Positions 53,373-64,000 of a stretch of 64,000 bases of DNA are shown in pieces. Origin of the DNA: Botryllus schlosseri (taxonomy: Eukaryota); contig CM119372.1 in the NCBI GenBank assembly GCA_051294905.1, positions 25,236,001 to 25,300,000 on the forward strand, in the 5' to 3' direction. Both the position numbers and the translations under genes were made by a program. The notes under the pieces were generated by a model. The model did no database searches, was not told where the DNA came from, and saw nothing but the letters and a program-made list of their open reading frames with translations. Within the stretch, counting starts at the first letter, position 1; every line of letters starts with the position of its first letter.

Positions 53373-54364
53373 CACCAAATCCAATTCCATAAGGCGACAG
53401 ACGATTGCAGATATTTCAAGTGGGGCTGGTAATGTGGTCCGAAGATCGTCCGCGGTAAACATCGAGATCCAGATCGGGTATGATGTCGTTAAGTCATGCG
53501 TAGAAGTATTGTCATAATAATTTTTGCACCTCCATTCAGAGAGGAGTATATTTCGAAAGAATCTTACGAAGCAACGTCGTCCGATGAGATAAGTTTCGCC
53601 AAGGGTTCTGTTGTGGAAGTGCTTCGTAGGAACAAGAATGGCTGGTAGCTAGCAAGGTACGGTACGGTCGTGCTAGCTATTGCATATCACAGAGCAACGA
53701 TATAGTTCTATGATGTTTGCAATTCTTGTATATCGAAGACTTTTCAATTTTTATTTACAAGGAAAAGACTGGGCTAGTTCCCGGTGTGCATCTCCAGCGA
53801 TACCAAGACCCCATTAGAAAAATGAGTTTGCAAATGTTGGATTTGATTTAAAGTATTCGTCTGCAAGATGAAGACTGCGTCATAGTTGAAACGAGAAGAA
53901 AATCATCAGCTTTCTAACAAGTTTAGTCGAAACCTCGACCCAGTGCTGTTGGGGAAAGAGAGAGAGAGAGAGAAATTTTGCAACCCGTTTCCTAATCTTT
54001 CATTATTGAATATGTTCATTGTTCAACCACTTCATGATTTTTAAATTACACCGTGAAATATCATAGCATAGCCTACACATGTATTGTATATACAGCATCC
54101 ACATAGGCCTACAGGACGGGTCTGTTTCTGATTCCTGGTCGTTGCGTATGCAGTTCAGCATTTCGGTATCTGCTTTCACAAACAATTTGGATCGAACTTT
54201 CAATTTCGCCAAAATGGAATACAACGACGTGACGGTTGTGAATTGATATCTATTTCCGATGGTTTGGTATCAAATATCATAAGAGAGTGATGCACATCAT
54301 TATTAACCTCTGTCGTGCAACTATTGAGGGTAGACCCGATAAGATTCCGCGTGCAACTTGACTG

Positions 54365-55717
54365 ATGTCGAAGAAAAGATTGTACATATTTGCAGTAGCG
54401 TCTGCGATGATCCTCGGGCCGAAACTTTGCTTGCTGAATCTGAGGAGCACTGTACAAGTCAAAGGAGGTATCGGCGGAATTTCTCTGGCTCTGCATTATG
54501 TAGCGACTGTCTTCAGTGCTCTTGTATATCCTTTTGCAGTACGAACAATCGGTCTGACGCGTTTTATACTCCTGGGAGATTTCGTGTGCATTATCTTTAT
54601 TGTGGGAAGTCTCTATACCGGATGGGAGGGTGTTATTTCAACCACGACATTGGTAGGTTTGGCCAGTGCACCATTGTGGTCCGGTGCGTGTTCCGCAGCT
54701 GCTTCGTTTCCTATTAATAGCGACGGCATCTCGATAAAAGACGGGGAGAAAAATGTTCGTGTGTTTCTCGCCATTGTAACTCTTGGACAAGGTTTGACAA
54801 ATCTCGTACCGGAAATAGTTCTTCGAAATTCGGACGGAGAATTCATTGCAACAAATGAAACCGACATTGCGCAATGCGCTGCTCAAGATTGTACTACGAA
54901 GTACGAGTTCGAAAGCAATGTGCCTATATTTGGAAGACTGACCCCTACACTGCTAAGCTACTACATTCTGATTGCTATATTAGCTGGGCTGGTTTCATGT
55001 GGAATGTTCATCCATTACTTGGTGCTGCCCAAAGATGAAAGCCGGATTTCTGAAGAATCCAAACATCTAGTGGAGAACGATGGCGATAGAAATCATGCAG
55101 TGGATCAAAGCGAAAACTTTTGCGATGCGGTCAAAAGATCATTTACTTCGATGCATGGTGTATTAAAGAATCCAATGAATTTCTTTACATCGCCGAGTGC
55201 TCTGTGGTTTGGATTTTTTCTCGGATTTCTACGTTCCTCGTTCACTCGATCGTACGCTGCATGCACTTTGGGTGTTCAAAACGTGGGTCGTGTGATAGCC
55301 ATCGTTGATTTCGCTGCATGCTTAATGTGCTTAGTAATTGCATGTCTTCGCGAATTTCTATCACTTTGGCATCTATCCATCGTCAGGTCAATGACCGATT
55401 GTATTACCGTTGTAATGGCGTTGACATGGATACCTACTTCCACAACATTGTACGTGCCATACGTAATTGCGTTGCTTCTGGGAGTTACTCTAGCTGTGGG
55501 TAGAGTAGTCCAATACACCACCCCAGTCGTATACTACAGTGGCAAGGATCCTGCATATTCTCTGAATATCATGTATCTTTGCATTGGATCAGTGATTTCC
55601 CTTATTATGTCTATAGAAACGTGCACGAATTGGAGCATTTATGTTGTTGGTGCATTTTCGTTGTTGTCCACAGTGCTACTTCTCATCGGACACTACAGAA
55701 TGTACAAATCGCAATAA
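54365..55717 (+). CDS. UNC93A: UNC-93 family MFS membrane protein (UNC93A-like), single exon, 450 aa
   Basis: Long ORF with about 11-12 hydrophobic segments. Motifs LVGLASAPLWS (cf. UNC93A LLGLGAAPLWS), a luminal CAAQDC (CGA.DC/CGANFC type) and FTRSYAACTLGVQNVG (cf. FT..YV.CALG...IG). The symbol is a family-level call; orthology is not shown. Confidence 0.85.
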   Translation: MSKKRLYIFAVASAMILGPKLCLLNLRSTVQVKGGIGGISLALHYVATVFSALVYPFAVRTIGLTRFILLGDFVCIIFIVGSLYTGWEGVISTTTLVGLASAPLWSGACSAAASFPINSDGISIKDGEKNVRVFLAIVTLGQGLTNLVPEIVLRNSDGEFIATNETDIAQCAAQDCTTKYEFESNVPIFGRLTPTLLSYYILIAILAGLVSCGMFIHYLVLPKDESRISEESKHLVENDGDRNHAVDQSENFCDAVKRSFTSMHGVLKNPMNFFTSPSALWFGFFLGFLRSSFTRSYAACTLGVQNVGRVIAIVDFAACLMCLVIACLREFLSLWHLSIVRSMTDCITVVMALTWIPTSTTLYVPYVIALLLGVTLAVGRVVQYTTPVVYYSGKDPAYSLNIMYLCIGSVISLIMSIETCTNWSIYVVGAFSLLSTVLLLIGHYRMYKSQ

Positions 55718-57059
55718 TCATTGAAGTTTAAGTGATTAAGCAAATTCGCGAGTGGACAAACTTTTCTGTGTTGAGTGTGCCAAGCAGGTGTCTCAGGGTA
55801 ACGAAAGCCCAATTTTGTGAAATTCGTTAATAAAATGTGGATGTAGCGCAGGCGCGGTCAACTGTGCCTGATACGGGAAAATAAAGTACTTGGCGGCCTT
55901 GTCTTGTTACTGCTCATAGTCAAAAAAAGTTTGCTCGCGAATGCATGTATTGTAGACCCGAACAGAAAATTAAGTAGTTTCAACACCTTGACCATCTTTC
56001 TCAGGCTGGCATATTTGAATTCATTCTGTGACGAATAAAATTTGTCAATACTTTCAGATTAGAATTTCACTTTCAGGGTAGAAACTCTCTGCCTACTGAA
56101 AATTCCGTCGCGGGCCTGATCCGCCCCGATATAGACAGAGTGTAACCAGATCGGCACTTCAAGCCCTTGACGACTAAATATGCAGTCGATATTTCGGCAT
56201 TACGCATGTCTAAAATCATGTTTAAAACATAGCCCTTGTTTAAAACTTTTTAGTCATGACGTCACGGATTATTCAATTGTAACGTCACAGTGGAGTGGCA
56301 TTGTTTTATGGCTCAAGAATTACAATTGAAAATATAGGGTCAATATAGCTCCTCAGGCGAAAAAGATTTCCGACCGGCCTCAAACGGACTATAGGACCAG
56401 AGCTACATCGCCATGCAGCATTTTTACAATCGACGGTCATCATCATCAGAACATCCATTCCGTTCCGTTCCAGTAATTTATACCTATACGTGTTATAGCT
56501 GTTGAACCGACAACGACGACTTCGGGGTTCCAACGTTTCTATATCGTATACGTCGACTGCACTGTAAGCTGCCCGAATGTTCATTCTACATGTTTTTTCG
56601 AAAGTAAGCCATATTTAAACGATTATGACATAATTTTACAACGTTTGAAAAATCAAGCTACAACCTTCTGATATATTACTATTCCCCATGACACGCGAAT
56701 AGTTTGTTGCGTCCATGGTTGTAACCAAATCACGGCGTGCCGTGTTCTAACATTTTAACGTTTGACTCGACTCAATTCGAGTCATTTTCGTTTTGTCACC
56801 GAGTCAGTCAGACTCCACGTTAATCTATTAAATGTCGCTTCCAAGTCCAATTCACAATTTTCAGTGACGAATCATCAGTGGGTCAGGGTCATGTTCCATC
56901 ACAGTGGTTCTTAGCGGGTATTGCTAGGGCTTCCCTGCAGGTCAAGACGCATAATCAACTCATACATATGAATGATATGATTGGTGATGATACGCTCGTT
57001 TTGACCATCATGAGTTGCATGTAATAAGATCCTATGAGAAGCCGAATTGCGACTGTTGT

Positions 57060-57950
57060 GGGGGTAAGGAAAGGACGTTATGTATTTTGTCCTTCATGTT
57101 TTGCGGCATATACACCGACTCATGATATAGCCTACTTACACACGATCTATGCATTGCATCTGCATGAGGGCATGAGGATGCTGTATAATGAAGATGCATA
57201 TGTATTATAGCCTTGTACGGCCTTCTAAGTTTTGCGCCAACCTCCACGCTATCCCGGTAATGTTTAGCGCCAAGTGGAGAAGTCATGGATGCCAGTGTTA
57301 CTAATCAGTAGGGAAAGCTTTTGTTGCAGTCAAATCCGTGGAAAGTTGCACTTATTTTTCACAAAAGTTGCGGTAAAAAGCTGCATTTAATTTTCTCAAA
57401 TGTTGCATTTATGAAGAAGTCCCTAGAAATTATTAGGTTATGAGATACTCGAATCCTTCCGTATCCAAGGCACTGTAACAAAATAAATAACTTCAACAAA
57501 ACCAATAGCTTGAAAAAATTGACCCAGTGAAAATATATTTTTCGGCGGTCTAGCCTGAATGTACGTCGAAGCAGACAGGAGCTCAAATTTAAACAACAGT
57601 GAAATAATCACCTGATCTATTTACATATAGGGCCAAATATTTCCAGTAAAAAGATAGTTGCATAAAAAATCGGAAAAACTTGCAAAATGTTGCGTGAAAA
57701 ATCTACAAAGTTGCAAAAAGTTGAGTTAAAAAATGAAGAAAAGTTGCAAGAAGTTGCAATATCAGATTTCTCCAAATAGCTTAAAACACCATACTACACA
57801 ACTTCTGAGTATTTAGGAAGCCGCCGGAAGTTGTAAAAAAAAGTTGCCAAAGTTGCAAAAACTTGCCCTACTAATGAGGTCTTTGGTCTGGCCCGGTCGG
57901 GGATTGAACCCACGGCGTACCGACCAAGAAGTCTGACGCTTCCCCAATCT
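57060..57950 (-). mobile_element. Same SINE family, interrupted by a MITE
   Basis: GGTCTTTGGTCTGGCCCGGTCGGGGATTGAACCCACG and the body match 60318-60647. Confidence 0.78.
57309..57870. mobile_element. hAT-like MITE (AAAGTTGCA-rich) inserted in a SINE
   Basis: TAGGGAAAG...TTGCCCTA; TSD CTAATCAG/CTAATGAG; the empty site TACTAATCAGGTC is seen in the 60318-60647 copy. Confidence 0.8.
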
Positions 57951-60317
57951 TGCGGTGGTACGTCGTGTGCAATGGTGATCGTAGGGGAGGCTGGTATTCG
58001 AAATCGAAGCGCCGTCCTTCTGACATACCAAGTCACTCCCTAATATTTATAAGCTCGTTGTAATTAAGCAATTGGTGTCACGCTGCTGTGTTTCGACTGA
58101 AAAATACGATCACCCTTTCCAAGGTGAAGGTTCATATTTCTAAACTGTTATCTGATCTGAAAGAAAACAGCAGAAGTCACAATGATCTGCAATAAATATT
58201 CATTATAATTAGGGCGATTTTTTGTCAAAATTGTACCGTTTGGTCAAAAAATTATCAAAATTGTTTACAAGTCAAATATTTTTCGCAACCTGCATTTCGT
58301 TTGTATCAGAGATGTTTGGACTGTCGGTGAACTTATATCATTTGACATTTTACATCTTGTAGCCTAATTTACAGGCCTGCTCATTGTGAATCATAAACGG
58401 TCAGATGAAACAAACAGGCTGACATGGTATTATGTTCAACGGACCGCAATATCATAACTGAAGCAAGACTACGTGCGCATTGGTTCTTTCTTATACCAAG
58501 GACCGCAACATGAAAAATTTTGATTATAATGTTTTCGATTTCTTGTGGAAAATACATTTATTGGTTTTGTTCGTTTAAAACTCTGCTGATGCACAGTTTA
58601 TTTTGTGCAACGGCAGACTATATTAACGTATTCGATGTGTGGTTAGGCCTTGATGTGCATTGTGGTAGATTTTCGTTTTTATGTAACTTGGTGAACATTT
58701 GAGGATCAGTCAAGGCTTGCAGATTACCTCAAGTGTTCCGCGCGTCAGTAAAGGTTACGAACCACGGTATTGTCATCAGAATAGGCAGCGCGGCGGAATA
58801 GCAGATATCTTCCGCAGCATGATGACTTTTGAAAGTGATGTGAGAATGAAATTTGATTACTAGTATCGGGTTTTTAGAGCATTTTTAGAGTGGAGAATCT
58901 ATCATGGAAGGTCCTGAGAATGCCTCGAAACAACAATGATGCATTTTATTTGAGAGTAGAGCTTGAAGAGCTATTTAAATTCTTAATCATGGAATGCTTC
59001 CGCACTTTGATTTCCTCATATTTAGCCTAAATATTCCATGCCAGAGGTTGGCAACCTTCGCCGTAAAGATGTTATTTGAATACATTCGACATCACATAAA
59101 ACCATGCAAGTATTAGCCGCAAACTCCATTTCACCCCTAAAATGACGATGAAACCCCTTAGGCCTACAGCAGGAGTCGGCAACCCCACGCACGCGTGTCA
59201 TTTGTGACACGCGAGATGATTTTTCATGGCACGCGCGCCAAATGATTTGACGTAACAGCATGTTCGTGTTTGTTGCAAAACGCCTTACATAAGTTTTCAA
59301 CATGGAAAAGGCTCGAAGACGACACAAAATTATTTCGTAAATCAACATAGAACAAAGTCTTTTGGAGCAGATTCTATTCATCTTTTTTCGCGCTTCGCGC
59401 GATTTACTAATTTCTTGATTACAATTATTTTTCAGATGTAGATGAAAATGTCCAATATCGACAAGTCATAACAGAACGCTACAGACCGTGCACTGGTGGA
59501 CGAGGATATTACTATGTCTGATGTCGAAAAACCTGAAACTGTCACTGACACCCAACCCATTTGCTGGATATGAAGAGTCATGGCTATCTTTCATGTTAAC
59601 CGTGTTTATACTTTGGTATCTGCGTCTTCATCTATCCAGCTGTGCCCCGGATAGCTTTGCAGAACTGGCAGGCATCTAGCAACTTGTTGATCAATTTACA
59701 AGATTCCTTTTAATTCGTCAATATACATACAATCCTGCACAATGCACATGAATATTTAGAGTAGATGAGAAATGAGAAGCTTACAAACATATAAATAGCA
59801 GTCAACAATATCTCGGATTTTAGTGTTCATAAGACCACGGTATTCTATCCTCCTTTTTGTGGTAGTGTTTGATGATATAAGCATCGCCATTGATCCATCG
59901 TAGCCTTCTATGTGATAACGTTCCTTGATGACCGTGCGATAACTGATAACAATCATTAGATGCGCAGGGAAATAGTCAAGAGGGCGATTACCAGTGAACT
60001 CTGCCGTCGGTGAATGTGTTAATATGAAAAAATACAACAGAATATTAGAAATTACAAGTGTCGAGAGCATAATAAAAATCATGACGTTCAGTAAGAACTA
60101 AGTGCCGGTAGTGCTATGCAGATGCGCTAACAATATAATACACACATGCAGGCTCGGTGCTGTCGAATAATAACTTATAGATCGTTATCTATATTTCTAT
60201 CTATTTAACTTTCGATTGGATATAGATAGAAATCTTTTAAAAAGACTAATATACTTTTCTATATTCTTGATTGATTTTTTTAATCTAAGGAAGGAGGTTG
60301 ACGAGCTACTGCGCACA

Positions 60318-60647
60318 AAGGAAAGGACGTGGTTTATTTTTGTCCTTGATGTTTTTGCGGCATATATACCGACTCATGATACACATACACACGATCTGCG
60401 CATATGCATACCATGAGTGCATGATGTGCATATGCCGCTGGACAAGGAAGTGCAGATATAGCCTTTACAGCTTTCTAAGTCATGCACCACCCCTCCATGC
60501 TATCCCAGTAATGCATGAGCGCCAAGCAGGGAAGCCATGGATACCAGTATTACTAATCAGGTCTTTGGTCTGACCCGGCCGGGAATCGAACCCACGACCT
60601 ACCGATCAAGAAGCCGGGCGCTTAACCATTACGCCATCTTGATCGGC
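60318..60647 (-). mobile_element. tRNA-derived SINE
   Basis: On the minus strand: A box TGGCGTAATGG, B box GGTTCGATTCC, then a non-tRNA body. Related copies at ~57060-57950 and ~42650-42750. Confidence 0.82.
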
Positions 60648-61166
60648 ACATATATAGTCGCCAGCTTCACTGGCTTTTTTTAGTAACCATCACGCCAAGT
60701 TGAGAGGTGGGGTCGCGACCATAAAAAGTTTGGGAACCCCTGGTCTAGATGCTAGCGACATAATTAAACACAATCCTGTATTGATGGATCAAAAGTGATC
60801 GGAATTGGTGTAAGCTGGTCGGATAACCAATTACTATCCAATTTATGATGCAATTCAAACATGTAGCATTGCAGTCTAAATACTACATATCGTAAAGCAC
60901 TATAGCCTATTAGAAACTACAAAGGACCCTGGCGTCGATGTTCAACTTGATAGCGACGTACAGTCATTATACTACATGAAAATTAATTTAGACTGGTCAC
61001 GATAACGATAAGAATGACCCTTACTTAACCCGATGTAGGCTATGTCTGTAAGCTTTAGCATCACAGCAAAACCACCAAAACATTCTGGGTTGATTGATTG
61101 CTATCTACTGATTGTTATTCAACCGTAAATGATTGACAGGCCACGCAGTTTTCCATGGGTGTACGC

Positions 61167-61767
61167 TAGGGTTGTTCAAAAATAACTTTTTTTTTCAAAA
61201 TTTCACTCGCCTAGTGACTAAATCGTCAGGATGTCCAAGAAAACGATGCATGCCAAATTTGACTCAATTCCAACCAGTAAAGGCCGTGCAATCTTGAATT
61301 GAAATTTATTTATTATTAAAAATTTAAAAAAAAATCTCAAATTTTTCTGTCAACCCCATGAAATTGTTGAGCTGTCTTCAAAGACGATGCAAGACAAATT
61401 TGAGTCAATTCCGACTAGTAGAAGCGGAACTATTTGAGTTTTTCGTTGATAATCCCCGGATCAAGGATAATCCGAGAATTATCAACGAAAAACTCGAATA
61501 ACTCTGCTTCTACAAGTCGGAATTGACTCAAATTTGTTTTGCATCGTCTTTGAAGACAGCTCAACAATTTCATGGGGTTGACAGAAAAATTTGAGAATTT
61601 TTTTTTTTTAATTTTATCAATAAATTAAAAATTTCATTTCAAGATTGCGCGGCCCTTACTGGTTGGAATTGAGTCAAATTTGGCGTGCAGCGTTTTCTTG
61701 GACAACCTGACGATTTAGTCACTAGGCGAGGGAGATTTGGAAAAAATGTTATTTTTGAACAACCCTA
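61167..61767. mobile_element. Almost fully palindromic foldback MITE
   Basis: About 290-bp arms TAGGGTTGTTCAAAAATAAC...GTTATTTTTGAACAACCCTA; perfect 8-bp TSD GTGTACGC. Confidence 0.92.
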
Positions 61768-62109
61768 GTGTACGCTGCCAAATTGGATGATGGCAATAAA
61801 AGATTGAAATGAAATAACCGCCACGTGTTGGCCAAAACGTTCGACATTGATATGTCTACTGTTCCGGAGTCGAAATGACGGACGCCGAATAGTCCAGCGC
61901 CCGCAGCGTGAGCCGCACGTATCAAATGAGATCCGCAGAGGAAAATAATGAGCCACATGTCTAAATGTGAATTTGGGATCGTGTTCGTCACACGAAAGGA
62001 CATATTCTTTTAGTTTCGTCTTATACGAGTAAGCGATTTCAATATCTGGAGCAACGACAACCGTTACCGCTTCACCGCGACCTTTGGAGATTTGCAGACA
62101 AATCTAGTG

Positions 62110-62462
62110 TCAAAGCTAGCACAGAAGACACCAATCCAAGTGGGTTCGAATCCCGGTTCTGATCAACGTCTGAGTGTCGAAGGTTTCTCTGGGCTCCTCA
62201 TCGTTAACCCCATTGCCATAGCAGTGTTTCAAAAACCAAGATTGATGGTAAACTAAGCCAAGAAAGTCGGCTGCAGATATCAAGATCCAGGCGCTCGCAA
62301 TACGAGAGAGAATGATGTTGGAAGCACGCGAGTGTGGATGTCGTCCTGAAGATTACGAAGGCAGAGATACTGAACATTACCAAATCATTGTCGTGGAGCA
62401 CATGACCTTAATATAGGCGATAAGCACCATTGTTATGTATTAAATAAACAAACAAACAAACC
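62110..62462 (+). mobile_element. tRNA-derived SINE with (AAAC)n tail
   Basis: B box GGTTCGAATCC at ~62142; ends CACATGACCTTAA..GGCGATAAGCACCATTGTTATG..AAACAAACAAAC. Confidence 0.72.
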
Positions 62463-62815
62463 AAAGAAGATCGATCATTGCGCGACTAAAATTAAACAAT
62501 GCAAATATTACGTAGGCCTATATTAAGCGACAGATCCATTGCGGTAACGACCTGATTTTTTTAGACCCTTCGCGACTGTGTTAGAATCACTTCGTAATCG
62601 ATGCCGTTGCTGCCGTAGCTGTAGATGAGCGGTTGGTGGGATTCCTCACTTGAAAAAATTAAGAATGCTTGGAACGCCAGTTGGTAATATTTTGACATGT
62701 TTTGACATTTTGGCGCTGCATACACAATAGGCATTGCATTGCATTGCACGCAGGATTACAAAATATTTATGAGATCACAGACACACACCGTGGGAAATAT
62801 TTGATGAGGTAAAAG

Positions 62816-62819
<4 letters not shown>

Positions 62820-62847
<28 letters not shown>
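62820..62847. repeat. (GA)n microsatellite
   Basis: Seen directly; a shorter run lies at ~53957-53973. Confidence 0.95.
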
Positions 62848-62850
<3 letters not shown>

Positions 62851-63520
62851 ACGATACGACCGTGAAGGTAACACCCGCATCAAACACTTGACTCTATGGA
62901 TAAAGTCTGGCTGTAAAAAATGTTAGCTAATAAAGGAAAAGAAAAAAGAAAAAGTAAACGATGGTAGCAAATGATCAAATGAAGCAATGTCTGGGCAAGG
63001 TAGGACAACGGTGTTAATATAACGACAAGAGGTGGAAAGTAGTAATAAAACAATGGTCTTGGACCCGCATTGGATGATTAACACAACTTTGGGGGGATCT
63101 TTACGCACATAGGCAATTTCACATACATAGTGTTTTGTTCTGGAAAATCAGCAGCTTTAGTCTATATAGGCTACTTCCGCGTGAAAAATGTTCAAGGTTA
63201 CTGAATGAAATTGGTCAATAATATTGCTACTTGCATATTACATATTCGCTATCATTATCAGATTTACCCGTAGACATGATGGAAGCAGTGTCTTCAAAGT
63301 CGTTAGTGTGCCGCGCACGAATAACGATTCGCATTTATTCACATGGCGCAATATTTCCCGCCGGCCTTCGAAAGTTTATCTGGGCATCAATGAATCGAAC
63401 GAAAATGACTAAGGAAGAGCTGTCTAAAATTGATTGACAGGGACGAAAATATCAAGAACGAGCAATGTTACATCGGTCACTAGACCGAGGTGGAAGCCAG
63501 ATTGAGAGACCCGTAGCTAG

Positions 63521-64000
63521 TAGGGATGGTGTGAACCTCTGAAAGGTTCAGGTTCGTGTGAACGCGAACCTTTTTGAAAGGTTCTGTGTGAACGCGAACG
63601 TGAACCTCGTGACGTCACGTGACGTCATATTGTTAATTCGAACCCTGTCCCTCAATGAAGTGATAGCCTATATTAATGTACACGATACCTAGCGACGACT
63701 CGGGCCACATAATGCAACAATGCTGAAGTACATCATGGATATATAGAATATAGAATAGTTCTATATATCCCTGAAGTACATATTGGCGTTTTAAACGTCG
63801 CTAAATGTATCAACTGAGGCAACCATAGGATATAATACTCCCATAAAATCAATATCTTTAGTCGCTTTGCCAACAATTTCGACGAGGACTTACCAGGGAA
63901 TATACGCTTACCCCTTAACGGTTTAGGCCAGACCGGACAATGTATTCGGCGTATGAGCATTGCTACATTGATATTGAGCAGAATGTAAAATGTGTTTCCA
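63521..64000 (-). mobile_element. TAGGGATGGTGTGAAC-family MITE running off the window end
   Basis: Starts TAGGGATGGTGTGAACCTCTGAAAGG, the rc of the family 3' end. Confidence 0.88.

Larger units (their letters stand above)
44107..53851 (+). pseudogene. PX-SH3-SH3 adaptor, tandem copy 3, pseudogene
   Basis: Homologous exons 44107-44205, 44369-44464, 46103-46242, 46689-46780, 49887-50031, ~51832-51979, 52111-52235, 52813-53477, 53540-53656, ~53755-53851. Lesions: exon 3 is 140 nt instead of 141 (frameshift, TGA at 46145-46147); a 207-bp insertion sits in exon 8; TGG>TAG in the SH3-2 GWW motif (53646-53648); the last acceptor AG is changed to AT. Confidence 0.85.

Noticed and set aside
53646..53648. 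Programmed stop-codon read-through at the in-frame TAG
   Set aside because: The same copy has a frameshift, an exonic insertion and a lost acceptor, so ordinary pseudogenisation is the simpler explanation.
60575..60647. tRNA gene candidate (also 9290-9359, 31130-31180, 62110-62160)
   Set aside because: A and B boxes are present, but I could not fold a proper cloverleaf, and each continues into a repeated SINE body.

Overview
AT-rich, repeat-dense animal genomic DNA with GT-AG introns, many of them 60-300 nt. This is compatible with a compact marine invertebrate such as a tunicate, but the taxon is only an inference. The core of the window is a tandem array of a 10-coding-exon PX-SH3-SH3 gene resembling the NADPH-oxidase organiser/adaptor family (p47phox/NCF1, NOXO1, SH3PXD2). 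Copy 1 (15179-19774) is intact at about 525 aa. Copy 2 (32499-35535) is intact at about 506 aa, but its first SH3 is degenerate. Copy 3 (44107-53851) is a pseudogene with four separate lesions. A 5.8-kb near-perfect inverted duplication (35780-41580 vs 43318-49119, 1.7-kb spacer) creates a fourth, truncated minus-strand copy that points at the 3' end of copy 2 and appears to have taken copy 3's upstream region with it. An intronless UNC-93-family MFS gene (54365-55717) follows the array. The rest is mobile DNA: a LINE RT remnant containing a nest of MITEs, two Chapaev-type transposase remnants, many hAT-like MITEs with 8-bp TSDs, foldback elements, TTAA-flanked MITEs and tRNA-derived SINEs. 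All exon structures, alignments and family calls were made by eye, with no database search.
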